From contig NC_086097.1 of NCBI RefSeq assembly GCF_963921235.1, positions 130,946,001 to 131,010,000 of the forward strand: 64,000 nucleotides of DNA, read 5' to 3'. The stretch comes from Mobula hypostoma (Eukaryota). Positions 50,110 to 62,641 of the stretch are shown one piece after another (position 1 is the stretch's first letter; each line of letters starts with the position of its first letter). The position numbers and the translations under genes are program-made. The notes beneath the pieces are model-generated. The model was not told the origin of the DNA. It ran no database searches and saw only the letters and a list, made by a program, of their open reading frames with translations.

Positions 50110-51850
50110 TAAGTAACACAGGAGACAGCAGGGCTTCACTTCCAGATGAGTTCAATGCGTTCTATGCTCTTTGATCATCAAAACACAGAGGAACTATCAA
50201 GAACTCCGAAGATTTCAGTCTCTGAAGCTGACATGCCAGCAGCCTTCAAGTGGGTGAACACACAAAAAGCATCCAAAACAGATGGAGTAGCTGGCCAAGT
50301 ACTAAAGACCTGTGCTGATTAACTGGCCGGTGGTTTCACTGAGATCTTCAACCTCTCACTTCAGCAGTGTGGGGATTCCACACAGGCTTCAATTATACCA
50401 GCGCCCAAGAGCACAGTGACCTGCCTCAATGACAATCTCCCAGTAGCAATTACATCCACAGTAATTAAGTATTTGAGAGGTTGGTACATATCAACCTGCC
50501 TGAGAAGCAAATTATATCCGCTCCAATTACCTGCCGGAGTAATAGGTCTATAGCAGATACCATTGGCTCTTCGCTAAAGCCTGGAACAACTGGACAGCAA
50601 AGATGCATAGATCAGAATGCTCTCTATCAACTACAGCTCATCCTCTCAAAACTAATCAATAAGCTCCAAGACCTTGGCCTAAATTCCTCCTTGTGCAATT
50701 GGATCATGGATGTTCTCACTTGCAGCCCCCAGTAAGTCTGGATTGGCAGCATCTCCTCCACAATGTCCATCACCACAGGTGCACCACAAGGCTGCGTGCT
50801 TAGCCCGCTGCTCCATTTGCTTTATTCTTATGACTGTGTGGCCAAGCACAGATCCAATGTCATATTCAAGTTTAGTGACAGCACCACTGCCATAGGCCAA
50901 TCAAAGGTGGTGATGAATTAGTATATAGGAGAGATTGAAACTCTTTCTGAGTGGTGTCATAATAACAACAATCTTACTCAATGTCAGCAAGGCCGAGGAG
51001 CTGATTATAGCCTTCAGAAGGAAATCAGGTCCATGAGCCGGCCCTCATCAGAGGATCAGAGGTGGAGAGGGTTAGCAAATACTGTAGGTGTTATTATTTC
51101 AGAGGACCTGTCCTGAGCCCAGCACACATGTGCAATTATAAAGAAAAAACAGCAGCAGCACCTCTACTTGCTTAAGAGTTTGCAGAGATTCAGCATGACA
51201 TCTATAACTTTGAGAAACTTCTATAGCTGTGTAGTGTAAAGTATATTAACTGGCTGCAACAAGGACCCTGGTATGGAAACACCAACGTCCTTGTACGGGA
51301 AATCCTACAATAAGTAGTGGATACGTCACAGTCCATTACAGGTAAACCTCTCCAAACCATTGAGCACATGGACATGAAACACTGGCACAGGAAAGCAGCA
51401 TCCATCGGAGACCCCCACGACCCAAGACATGCTCTCTTCTCACTCTGCCATCAGGAAGATGGTGCAGGAACCTCAGGACTCACACTACCAGATTCAGGAA
51501 CAGTTCGTACCCTTCAACCATCAGACCCTTGAACCAATAGGGGATAATTTCACTCAAATTCACTTATCCCATCATTGAAATGCTCCCACAACCAATGGAC
51601 TACTTTCAAGGACGTTTTATCTTATGTTCTTGATATTATTGCTTGTTTATTACTATTTCCTCTTTTGTATTTACACAGTTTGTTGCATTCTGCACTCTGA
51701 CTGAACCCCTAGTTGGGTGGTCTTACATTGCTTCTGTTACAGTTATTATTCTATAGATTTATTGAGTATACCCACAAGAAAATTAATGTCGGGGTCATAT
51801 ACTGTTATATATATGTACTTCAATAATAAAGTTCACCGACATTTGAACCC
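50110..51850 (+). mobile_element. Rex1/Babar-type LINE, decayed
   Basis: [47 protein letters not shown] remnants; 3'UTR with AATAAA at about 51825. Confidence 0.85.
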
Positions 51851-53020
51851 CTGTTTTGCTATGAGAAATCAAAATTGACTGTTACTTGTAATAAAAGGAG
51901 AAACTACTTTTCAACTATTTGTTCTATCAATAGCATTCTGTGACTTGTAAATTTAGGAATCTCCCGTAACAGGGAATTTTCATTTATTTGTCATATGCTG
52001 ACAATGACAAGGAAGCACCAGTAAGCATTTAATTGCTTGCTTAAATTCAGTCACTGTCAAATCAGCCTGGAATATTCACTATAGTACAAGGTTCTTAGCT
52101 TATCCCTGAAGATGTCAACACAAATATGATGTTAAGTGATTTGTCAAGATCCCATGAAGCAACCTGAACTTTATTTTTCATTACAATCATTTAAAAATAC
52201 TTAATACACTTCTAAATAAGATAGACTGCATTTGCCAAGAAAAGTACTCACACAATCGATATACAGGACTAGGAAAAATAAGTAATTTTGAGCTAAATCA
52301 TACTATCAACAAGAGCCTTTGGTCTTCAGCCAATTGTGCCAAAGACTGAAACTTGGCAAGAATCCACTACTTGTACAGGACTTATTGGTTAGCTAATGCC
52401 ACTATCTGTCAACATGTTCCACTGCAGGACTCCTCAAGTCTAGCCTTGTAGGGATTCACTAATATGAAAGGAAATCATTTCCCCATCTATCTTTAAAGGG
52501 CAGGAGATCAGATTCATTTGATATGGTTTTAAGGAACTTAATTTGATTTAAAAATAGCTATTGAAGTTGATTTTTAATGTCTCAGACATTTAAAAAAAAT
52601 TAAATGGGAAATTCCTCTCTCTATCTGTGGGTTGAGCGAGAACCTGTTAAGAAATTAGGGCCATAGAACTATATCACCTTTGGGTTATCTGCTGCTAAGG
52701 TCTTGTTTCATCTTGACCAACAACTCTGGGATCTAGAGACCCAGCAACATTATATATCTGCATTGGAAAACAAGGGTTCAACATAGTTCAGTCCTTTAGA
52801 AATTGATTTGGTGGATATTATTGAACATATTATGTTTTTTCAGCTTGATAGAACATTACATAGGTCAAGTTTTTCTTCTGGTCAGGTAATAGTAATTACT
52901 AAAGAATCAAATTGAAGGTAAATATTGGCACACAGAACAAATGAATTGAAATCCCCAATTCTGCATCACAACTACTATAATCCTATAGAGGGGAAATTTT
53001 AAAAATATGCATTTACTCAC

Positions 53021-53171
53021 CCCAGGTACAAATGTAAAGAGGTTGTACTTCTGGTTTTTAATTGCATTCCTTGGATATTTTTCCTCGCACTTCTCTGGAT
53101 GTCCCAGCCATACTGTGCGAGCTTTAAACTGTTGCTTTCTCTGACAGATGTTGGCAAGCCAGTCACAGCAA
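53021..53171 (-). CDS. ATP9B: ATP9B coding exon (151 bp; human exon 3 equivalent)
   Basis: Minus strand reads ttcag|T TGC TGT GAC...GTA CCT GGG|gtgagt and translates [50 protein letters not shown]. This matches the recalled ATP9B N-terminal region (ARTVWLG.PEKCEEK.PRN.IKNQKYN) better than ATP9A. Confidence 0.95.
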
Positions 53172-53869
53172 CTGAAAGATACAAGAACCTAAGTGTTCAA
53201 CTACTTTTCCAGTGATCAAAAGTAAATTCCAATAGATTTGCTTTCATGGTGAATTTATTAAATTCTTGATTAAACACCTACAACTAGCTACATGGATAGT
53301 GCAATAAAATGGCACTTAGGAGAAAGATCAGCCGTGAATGGTGAAGCAGGCACAGGCGGCTTCATAGGAATGTCCTACACTCCAATGATTTATGCTCCAA
53401 GTTCTCAAAAATATCTACTTACTTTCCAGATATTTTATACCGCCTGCAATTTTCACGAATCGATAAAAACCAAAAGAGAAAGAGCTAAGCATTGCTGTAA
53501 ACGTATCAATAAGCATGTTATTGCACATTGTCCAATCATTCTATTCTCCATAAACTTGGAACCTCCTGGGAGAAGTTCTTAAACCATCAAAATAGAAGTG
53601 CTAAATTATCACTTATGAACAACCATAATGGCTGTGGTTAATTTTGTATACAAATTCTGATCCCTTACAATTTCATGAACACAATTGTTTCCTACCAGAA
53701 TATAATAATAAGTAGGGGATACAGCTCACTGAAAGCACTTGGAAAAATTAAAATCAAACTGATTTTATTTTCCTTGTATAGTTTCAAGCACAATGTTAAC
53801 CAGTCCTTCATTTTGGTTAACATCTGAAAAACATCTCAACAGAATAGACGTTTGGAAGCAAGAGCTTCA

Positions 53870-54500
53870 ACCCCATAAGACAATAAGAAATTGCAGCAAG
53901 AAAATGGCCCTTCATGCCTGCCCTGCCATTCAATAAGAACACTGCCAATCTGACTTTTTGTTCACCTTCTAGTCCTCTTCACATAAACTTTGATTCCTTT
54001 CCCAATTAAAAATGCAATTCAGCTTTTAATATTTTCATGGATTTAACCTTTCAAGCTTTCTAGCCCAGAAATTCCAAATAGTTGCAAGCCTTGGAGAAAA
54101 ATAGTACCTCATCTTCGTCTGTGTGCTTTGCCCTTATTCTTAGACTATGTTGTCCAATCATAAGTTGTTTCATGAGAGGATGTGCCCTCCCAGTATTTAC
54201 CCAGTAAAGGTCCATACCTTTTGCTTTATTTAGATTGCCTCCCATTCCTCTGTGCTCCTGAGTACAAACCAAACCTGTTTGATCCTTCCTCATATGAAAG
54301 TCCTTTCATACCCAGAATCATCCAAGTGAACCTTTCTGAACCTCCAAATGTAACATCTCACCCCTTAAAGCAGACCAAAACAGTTCCATACTCTAGACAT
54401 GATACAACTGTAGCAAGAATTCCCCACTTTTATAGTCCAGCCCCTTGAAGTAAAATCCAGCATTCCATTCGTCTTCCCCCATCACCAGCTTAACCTGTGT
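53870..54500 (-). mobile_element. Old CR1 3' fragment
   Basis: KGLDYKS.E.LLQLY remnant; cataagacaataaga tail. Confidence 0.65.
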
Positions 54501-54719
54501 CACCAAAAAAAGATGGAGGATATGACAAAAAACAAAGGACAGATGGGGAGAAATTGCTGAAACATAAGTATGACAAAGAGGAAGCAGCAAAAGAGGGCCT
54601 CTCTAACTTCCCCAAGAGAAGTTATAAACATTTTTATGCCTGCCTCCGCTCCCCCGTCTTTCCTTTACTTTCATGGCCCACTGTCATCTCCAATTAGATT
54701 GTTTCTCCCTCAGCCCTTT

Positions 54720-54990
54720 AAGTTTATTATCATCTGACTGTACCAACATACAACTAAATGAACATAACTTATTCCTCCAGGCCACAGTGCACCCACGGAT
54801 ATCACACACAGAACATAAAACAAAATATGACCATAAATAATAAAATACACTTCAAAATACATGTAGTACGCAGCACAGGTAAACTGTAAACAAGCAGTAC
54901 AGTAACAGTAAGCTCACTGTCCTAATGATGAAACCTCAGTGGTGGCAGAGTATTCACTAATCTCACAGACTGAGGGAGAAAGTTGTTACC
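54720..54990 (-). mobile_element. LINE 3' UTR fragment (Rex1-related)
   Basis: aagtttattatcatctgactgtac...ttcctccaggccacagtgc resembles the reverse complement of the 21315-21390 terminus. Confidence 0.55.
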
Positions 54991-55132
54991 TGCCTCCATC
55001 TGCTCAGAAAGTGTAGAATGATGTTTTGTTTTGTTTTCTTGACTAGTGAGGTGATGTTATGGACTCAGGTTAAATTGCCTGTTATGTGCATACCAATAAG
55101 CTTTGTGCTCTTCGTTCTCTTCATGGCAGAGC

Positions 55133-57532
55133 CATAAGACATTGGAGCAGAATTAGGCCATTCACCCCACTGAGTCTACTCTGCCATTTAATCATGGCTG
55201 ATCTATTTCCCTCTCAACCTCAATCTCCTGCCTTCTCCCTGTAACCTTTCATGCCCTAACTTATCAAGAATCTATCAACCATCACCTAAACTACACTCAA
55301 TGACTTGGCCTCCACAGCGGCCTGTGGCAACAAATTCCACAGATTTGCCACCCACTGGCTAAAGAAATTCCTCATCTCCGTTCTACATGGATTCTGAGGT
55401 TGTACCCTCTGGTCCTACACTCCACCACTATGAGAAATATTTTCTCCACATCCACTCTAGGCCTTTAAACAATCAATAGATTTCAATGAGGTTCTACCCC
55501 ACTTCCCCTTGATTTCCTGAAGTCCAGTGAGTACAAACCCAGAGCTATTAAAACACTCCTCATATGATAAACCTTTCAATCCCAGAATTATTTTTGTGAA
55601 ACCCCTTGGAACCCTCTCCGATGTCAGCACATTCTTTCTTAGATAAGGAGCCCAAAACTACTCACAAAACTGCAAGTGAGGCCTCACCAGTGCCTTATAA
55701 AGCCTCAACATTACATCTTGTTTTTATATTCTAGTCCTCTCGAAATGAATTTTTTTATTCATTTATTGAGATACAGCCCTTTCAGCCCTTTGAGCCACAC
55801 AACCCAACAATCACCCAATTTAATCCCTGCCTAACCATGGGACAATTTACAACAGCCAATTAACCTACTAACCAGTAGGTCTTTGGATTGTGGGAGGAAA
55901 CAAGAGCACCCGGAGAAAATCAACGCAGTCACAGGGAGAACATACAAATTCCTTACAGGCAGCAGCGGGAATTGAACTTGGGTCACTGGTACTCCAAAGT
56001 GTTGTGCTAATCACTATGCTACCATGCCACCCTGCAATACTGCCTGAATGCTAACATTGCATTTGCTTTCCTCATCAGCAACTCAACTTACAAGTTACAC
56101 TGATTAATTCACACTGATAAAATTGTATTTGTTATATTGACTGCCCTGTTGTACATACTATTTATTACAGATTTCTATAAATTGTACATTGCATATTTAG
56201 ACAGAGACAAAGATTTTTACTCATGTATATGAAGGATGTAAGTAATAAAGTCTATTCAAGTTGCCCCTCAGATTTTTGAATTTTCTCCATTTAGAAAAGT
56301 CTACGCTTTTATTCCTTCTACCCAAGTACATGACCAAACACTTCCCGACACTATTTCATCTGCCACTTTTTTCCCCTTTCTCTTAATCCAAGTCCTTCTG
56401 CAGCCACCTAGAACCCTCAACACTACCTGCTGCTCCACCCGTCTTCGTATCATCTGCAAACTTGGCCATCATCCAAACCTTTGACATACAACATAAAAAA
56501 GCAGTCCCCACACCAACCCCTGCAGAACACCACTAGTCACTGGCAGCCAATTCAGAAAAGGCTCCTTTTCTTCCCACTCTTTGCCTCCTGCCAATCAGCC
56601 AATGCTCTATCCATACTCATATCTTTCCTGTAATACCATGGGTTCTTAACTTGCTAACCACCTCGTGTGGCAACTTGTCAAAAGCCTTCTGAAAATCCAC
56701 CAATTCTCCTTTGCCTATCTTGCTGGTATTTTCTCAAAGAATTCCAAAAGATTTCAAAGGCAAGGTTTTCCTTCAAGGAAACCATGATGAGTTTGTCCCA
56801 TTTTATTATATGTTTCTAAGTAGCCCAAGACCTCATCTTTAACAATCAACTCCAACATCTTCTCAACCACTGAGGTTAGGCAAACTGGTCTATAATTTCA
56901 TTTCTTCTGCCTCCCTCCCTTCTTGAAGAGTGGAGTGACATTTGCAATTTTCCAGTCCACCAGAACCATGCTAGAATCTCTACAGCCACCTCTTTCAGAA
57001 CCCTGGAGTGTACGCCATCTGGTTCAGGTGATCTTTCAGTTTCCCAAGAACCTTCTCCCTAGTAATGGCAACTGCACTCACTTCTGCCTCCAACACTCTT
57101 GAACTTCCGGCATACAGCCAGTGTCTTTTACAGTGAAGACAGATGCGAAATACTTATTCAGTTCGTCTACCATGTCCTTGTCCCCGATTACTACCTTTCC
57201 AGCATAATTTTCCAGCGATGCAATATCTATTCTCGTCTCTCTTTTACTGTTTATCTGAAAAAAACTTTTGGTAAAATCCTTTTTGATATTCTTGGCTAGC
57301 TTACCTTCATATTTCATCTTTTCTCTCCTTATGGCTTTTTTAGTTGCCTTCTGTTGGTTTTTAAAAGCTTCTCAATTCTCTAAATTCTCACTAATTTTTG
57401 CTCTATTATATGGCCTTGCTTTTGCTTTTAAGTTAGTTTTAACTGCCCTTGTCAGCCACAGTTGTGTCATCTTGCCTTTAGAATATGACAGCTTTGGGAT
57501 TTATCTATCATACACCTTACGAATTTTTCCAA
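55133..57532 (-). mobile_element. CR1 LINE ORF2 and 3' end, decayed, containing smaller insertions
   Basis: KYEGKLAKNIK...ELNKYFASVFT; ADD-region gtatcatctgcaaactt at about 56450; tail cataagacat at about 55133. Confidence 0.87.
55750..56040 (-). mobile_element. V-SINE (HE1-like) inserted in CR1
   Basis: tctttggattgtgggaggaaacaagagcacccggagaaaat is the reverse-complement V-domain; tRNA-like head at about 55960-56030. Confidence 0.8.
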
Positions 57533-57674
57533 GAACAGCAGTGGGCTGAGCACGAAGTCCTGGGGGAGCACCAGTGCTCAACGTGATGGAATTTGAGATG
57601 TTGCTGCCAACTCAGATTGACTGGGGTCCTTCTGTCAAGAAGTTCAAGGCCCAATTAGAGAGAGGGGTATTAAG

Positions 57675-57925
57675 TCTCTCTCACCTCCCAGCTTCATAGT
57701 TCATCAACCCACACTCCCTCAGCTCGTCTCACCTATCATCTGCCAGCTTGTACTCCTTCCACTCACCTCACTTTCTTATTCTGGCTTCTGCTTCTTCCTT
57801 CCAAGTTCTGACAAAGGGTCTTGGCCTAAATGTCAACTGTTTATTCCCCTCCATAGATGCTGCCTGACTTGCTGAGTTCTTCCAGCATTTTGTATGTATT
57901 GCTACTGATTCCAGCATTTTCTGTT
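57675..57925 (+). mobile_element. Penelope-like 3' terminal fragment with decayed hammerhead
   Basis: agttctgacaaagggtcttggcctaaatgtcaact...atagatgctgcctgacttgctgagttcttccagcattttg. Confidence 0.75.
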
Positions 57926-58264
57926 ATTACACCTCTGTTGTATACATTGTCATAAAGTTAAATTAAATTCTTGTAGTATACAATTCTGTCACAGGTTCTC
58001 TTGATCTGCCAAACAGCAATACATTGCCTGAAATATAACAAGCATTTGATTCTGCGTGAAAATACAGCCCCTGGACATAGTAGATTCCAAAATTATTGCA
58101 TTTTTTCATGCTACTGATCGACTTCACCATATACACCTATAAAGTCCAATGGATTAATTTTGCTGAGCAAAACAGTTAGACGCTGGCAACACACAGTAGA
58201 TAGATGTTAGATCAGTGAAGTTTCCAACATTAACAGAAGAGCATAAGACTATTAACATGGTCAT

Positions 58265-58485
58265 AGAGGTCCCAGTAACAGAGTGGCTAGTGTGACGCTG
58301 TTACAGCTTCGGGCACTGGAATTCAATCCTGGTGTCCTCTGTAAGGAGTCATTATGTTCGCCCCCTGAAATGCTCGAGTTTTCTCAGGGTCCTTCAGTTT
58401 CCTCCCACAGTCCAAAGACATACTGGGTAGGTCAATTGGTCATTGTAAATTATTTCACAATTAGGTTAGGGTTAAATCGGGTTTG
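58265..58485 (+). mobile_element. V-SINE (HE1-like)
   Basis: B-box-like gaattcaatcc and V-domain gtttcctcccacagtccaaagac. Confidence 0.75.
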
Positions 58486-60999
58486 TTTTTTTTTTGGGAG
58501 GGGTGGTGGTGATGCACTCTGTATATATAAATAGATAAGTGAATAAATAAACAAACATGCAAGTCCTCATCAATTCCAACAGTGATATTAAAGGTGGTCA
58601 AGTCAGTCGAAGTCCACACTAAAAACAGAATCTATTATTACACATAGGGATTTTATCTTTAGTTCTAATTTGAGGGGAAATGTGAGCCATTCCATTTTAT
58701 CAAAGGTTTTCAATATTCTCTGACTTTCCTACCATATACAGCAAAGAGTGCTGTAATTCCTTCATGTCTACTGTCAACCACAAGGCTCATATTTAAAGTT
58801 TCAAGTTAACCACTGAGGTGAAACAATAAAATAGATACAGATTGCAACGTAAACTAATAAATACAATTATGCTCTTCTCTCCAGTCTAATGCAAACATGA
58901 TAGACACTGCAGTATCAAGCAGTTCAACACCACTGATAAAGAAAATACTGGAATTCTTAATGAGAAAGAAGTAACTAGGCATTTTGAAGATATTAGTATG
59001 ATTGGGTAGAGTCACCATGAACTTATGGAAGAGATATCAAGTTTGATACATCTATTGGAAAAGAGGATTCAAAAGACTGGCGACCTTTTTACAAACTAAA
59101 CTCTCCCTCAAGTTTCAATGATGAACCAACAACCTCTCCCAGACATTGAGGTCCTAATTAATCAGCTGATTCTGTCATTTACTTGTCTGACACACCAATT
59201 TTCCCAGTAACATGCAATTATAAGATGATTGAAATTGTGGACATAAAATTACTCTTGCACATGCTCTTACTGAATTTTTAATTCCCCTCATTTTCTAAAT
59301 TATCAAATTTTCCCATTACATTTTTTGCATCCTGTTTTACTATCACTTTTTAAAAATTAGACACTTTACAAAATTTTCATTCACTCCCACATATTACTAC
59401 AAACAGCGAATTCCCAAAATAATGATCCACTATAATAATCCTCATTGGTCACTACTGCAGAAACCAATTGTAAGTGAAGCATCCATTCTAAAATATTGTC
59501 ATTCTTACTTCATCTATTGTCAGATAAATAGCATATATCAACATTTAACTCAAGAAAGAAAGAAATTTTTAATATAAAGCATGAAAAAATAACTTGCTTG
59601 CAGTTATAATAAAAAGGCATATAACCTTAATATTCAAAGATATCTTTAAAAATCAGGACTTTGGCACTTTTTTTGCGGCATGGCAAAAGCTCGTTTCCTT
59701 CAAGCACAGAGGAAATGCAACAATTACACACTACAAAAAAAAAGTACCATAAAGGTCACTAAATGCTCTGTCATCTGTATCTTTAATTTTTTCATTGTAG
59801 ATAAAGAATAAGGTCATTAATTCTTTACGTCTGACACAGCCTCAGTGTATTAGGTTCTAATTGCTCAATGAAGCATGCCTGAGAATAGTTTTTGTGGGAC
59901 TGCAACCCATTACTTTAATGTTCTTTTGATATACAATAACCTTGGATATAGCACAATTTAGACACAGAATACATATAGTCACTATAAACATCAGTGGAGA
60001 AAACTAGAGTTCTAATGTACTAAAACAGCAAATTACACCTCATGGAATCCTCATTTTAATTACAATAGGCAATATGATATGATCTGTATCAAGTACTGTA
60101 CATGAAAACCAATATCAAGAAAATAATCAACTGAGAAGATGATGAGTATTTATCACAAAATTCCTCTCGACAGTAAATTTAATAAATTAAAAAGGCTGAA
60201 CACAAATTGGTAGAGTGCCAGCCTCCTAGTCAGAAGTTGAGCTCTGTAGCCTATCTATCAACAAACCCACTTGCCTTATTTCAGCAAAGTTGATCATCTT
60301 AAACTGGGCAATATATTTCAGACCCTACAGCTAATGGAATTTAACCAATATTTATCCCCAATTGCCTGCTCATTTCTGCTTCAAATTGTGGGTGTCTGCT
60401 TTGCACAAATTGACAGATAAATTTAGTACAATAGCAATTACATTTCAATACCACTATTAATTTCAAAAATATATAGTCTTGAAAACCATCCTGTCATGCA
60501 TACTACTGAAATAACATTGTTCTGCCTCTAGAGGCGCTGTTTGTTTTCTATGCAGTTCATTTTGTACGATGATTTCCTGTTCATAAGCTTTTTTTTTACA
60601 TCATTTCTTGCGCGGGTTCTGTTGGATTCCAACTTTGAGCAAATATGGTAGAAAGACATCCATCTCCATCCACTCTCTAGTTGCCCTTGAAACAACATCT
60701 GTGAGTCTTATGCTTTCTTTATATTGATAAACATGTAGTAGATGCAGTCTGAATGATAAACATAATATTTCCTTCATCGCTATTAAGCTATTGTTGCACC
60801 ATGAGCTCGATCTCGTGCACAGCATAGCTAAAGAATGTTGTATTTGTTTATTACCTTGTTTCGTGCTAATCGTGAGAATAATTGATAATTCAGTATATTC
60901 AGATATATGACAATTAATACGTGTTTTACTTAACTTTCTGCAGTTTCACAAAGTCTTCTTACTAAAACCCTAATGAAAGCTTACGGCTCAGGTGATTTT

Positions 61000-61342
61000 T
61001 GAGATGGTGCTTAACTTCCTGTCTAGCTTTGTATGCAATACATTGCAAGGGCAGTACAAATATGTTTAAAGGCTCCAAAGCACCTACATTTGTTGTAATG
61101 AAGTGGCCAGAAACAAAACACAACACTCCAAATATGCCCTGGCCAAAGTTTTATACAGCTGCAACATAACTTCCCCGTTTTTATTTTCAGTGTCCTAACA
61201 GATGTAGCCAACTATGCTGTACATCTTCCTTACTACACTATTTGTATTGCCATTTTCAGAGCGCTATGGACTTACACCCCAAGATCACTCTGTGCATCAT
61301 TACTATCATATTTAAGTTCTCCAAGTGCAACATATCACACTT
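61000..61342 (-). mobile_element. Old CR1 fragment
   Basis: ccagaaacaaaacacaacactccaaatatg...ttttatacagctgcaacataacttcc is the reverse complement of the EVMLQLYK...HLE.C.FW region. Confidence 0.7.
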
Positions 61343-61445
61343 TAACACACAAAATGATGAAGGAACTCAGCAGGCCAGGCAGCATCTATGGGGGGGGGGG
61401 AGTACAGTTGACGTTTCATGCAAAACGTCTGAGTGCAAAACACAA

Positions 61446-61929
61446 AAGAGTGCAGAGAAGATTTACAAGGATGTTGCCAGGACTTGAGAAACTGAGTTAC
61501 AGAGAAAGGTTGAATAGGTTAGGGCTTTATTCCTTGGAGTGTCGAAGAATGAGGGGAGATTTGATAGAGGTATGTAAAATTATGAAGATAGAGTGAATGA
61601 AAGCAGGCTTTTTCCACTGAGGCTAAGGGAGAAAAAACCCAGAGGACATGAGTTAATGGTGAATGGGGAAAAGTTTAAAGGGAACATGGGGGGGTGGGCT
61701 CCTTCACACAGAGAGTGGTGGGAGCGTGGAATAAGCTGCCAGATGAAGTGGTAAATGTGGGCTCACTTTTAACATTTAAGAACTTGTACAGTTACATGGA
61801 TGAGAGGTGTATGGAGGGACATGGTCCAGGTGCAGATCAGTGGGACTAGGCAGAAAAATGGTTCAGCACAGCCAAGAAGGGCCAAAAGGCTTGTTTCTGT
61901 GCTGTAATGTTCTATGGTTCTGTGGTTCA
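61446..61929 (+). mobile_element. Young CR1 3' end, same subfamily as 36087-37965
   Basis: Highly similar to 37475-37962 (RVQRRFTRMLPGLEKLSYRERLNRLGLYSLE); (TTCTATGG)n tail. Confidence 0.93.
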
Positions 61930-62490
61930 AAGACCCTCAGTAGGACTGGAGAGAAAAAATGAGGAGTAGATTTAAAAGGTGGGGGAAGGGAGAGAGAAAC
62001 ACAAGGTAATAAGTGAAACCAGGAGGAGGAGGAGGGATGAAGTAAAGAGATGTACAGGGCAGGTGGAGAGGGAATCTGATAGGAACCAACAAAAGTCCAT
62101 GGAAGAAAGAAAAGGGGGAGGCACACCAGAGGGAGGTGATGGGCAGGAAAGGAGATCAGGTGAGAGAGGGAAAAGGGATGGGGAATGTTGAAGGGGTGGG
62201 GGTGGGTGGTTGTTGGGAAGCATTACTGGAAGTTCAATAAATCGAAGTTCATGCCATCAGGTTGGAGGCTACTCAGACGGAATACAAGGTATTGTTCCAG
62301 CAACCTGACAGTGGCCTCATCATGACAGTAGGGGAGGCCATGGAATGACATATTGGAATGGGAATGGGAAGCGGAATTAAAATGGGTGGGCACTGGGAGA
62401 TCCCACCTCTTCTGGCGGACTCAGCAAAGCGGTCTTCCAATCTACTTCACAGCTCACCAATATAAAGGAGGCCACAACCGGGAACACCAG

Positions 62491-62641
62491 ATAGAAACAT
62501 AGAAAATAGGTGCAGGAGTAGGCCATTCGGCCCTTTCGAGCCTGCACCGCCATTCAGTATGATCATGGCTGATCATCCAACTCAGAACCCCGTACCAGCC
62601 TTCCCTCCATACCCCCGATCCCTTTAGCCACAAGGGCCATA
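62491..62641 (-). mobile_element. Short CR1 3' tip inserted in the Penelope endonuclease region
   Basis: atagaaacatagaaa tail plus the ggccattcggccc 3'UTR stem; interrupts FTCES|CGLLYIGE. Confidence 0.85.

Noticed and set aside
58265..58340. tRNA gene
   Set aside because: Decayed tRNA-derived SINE head continuing into a V-domain; no cloverleaf.
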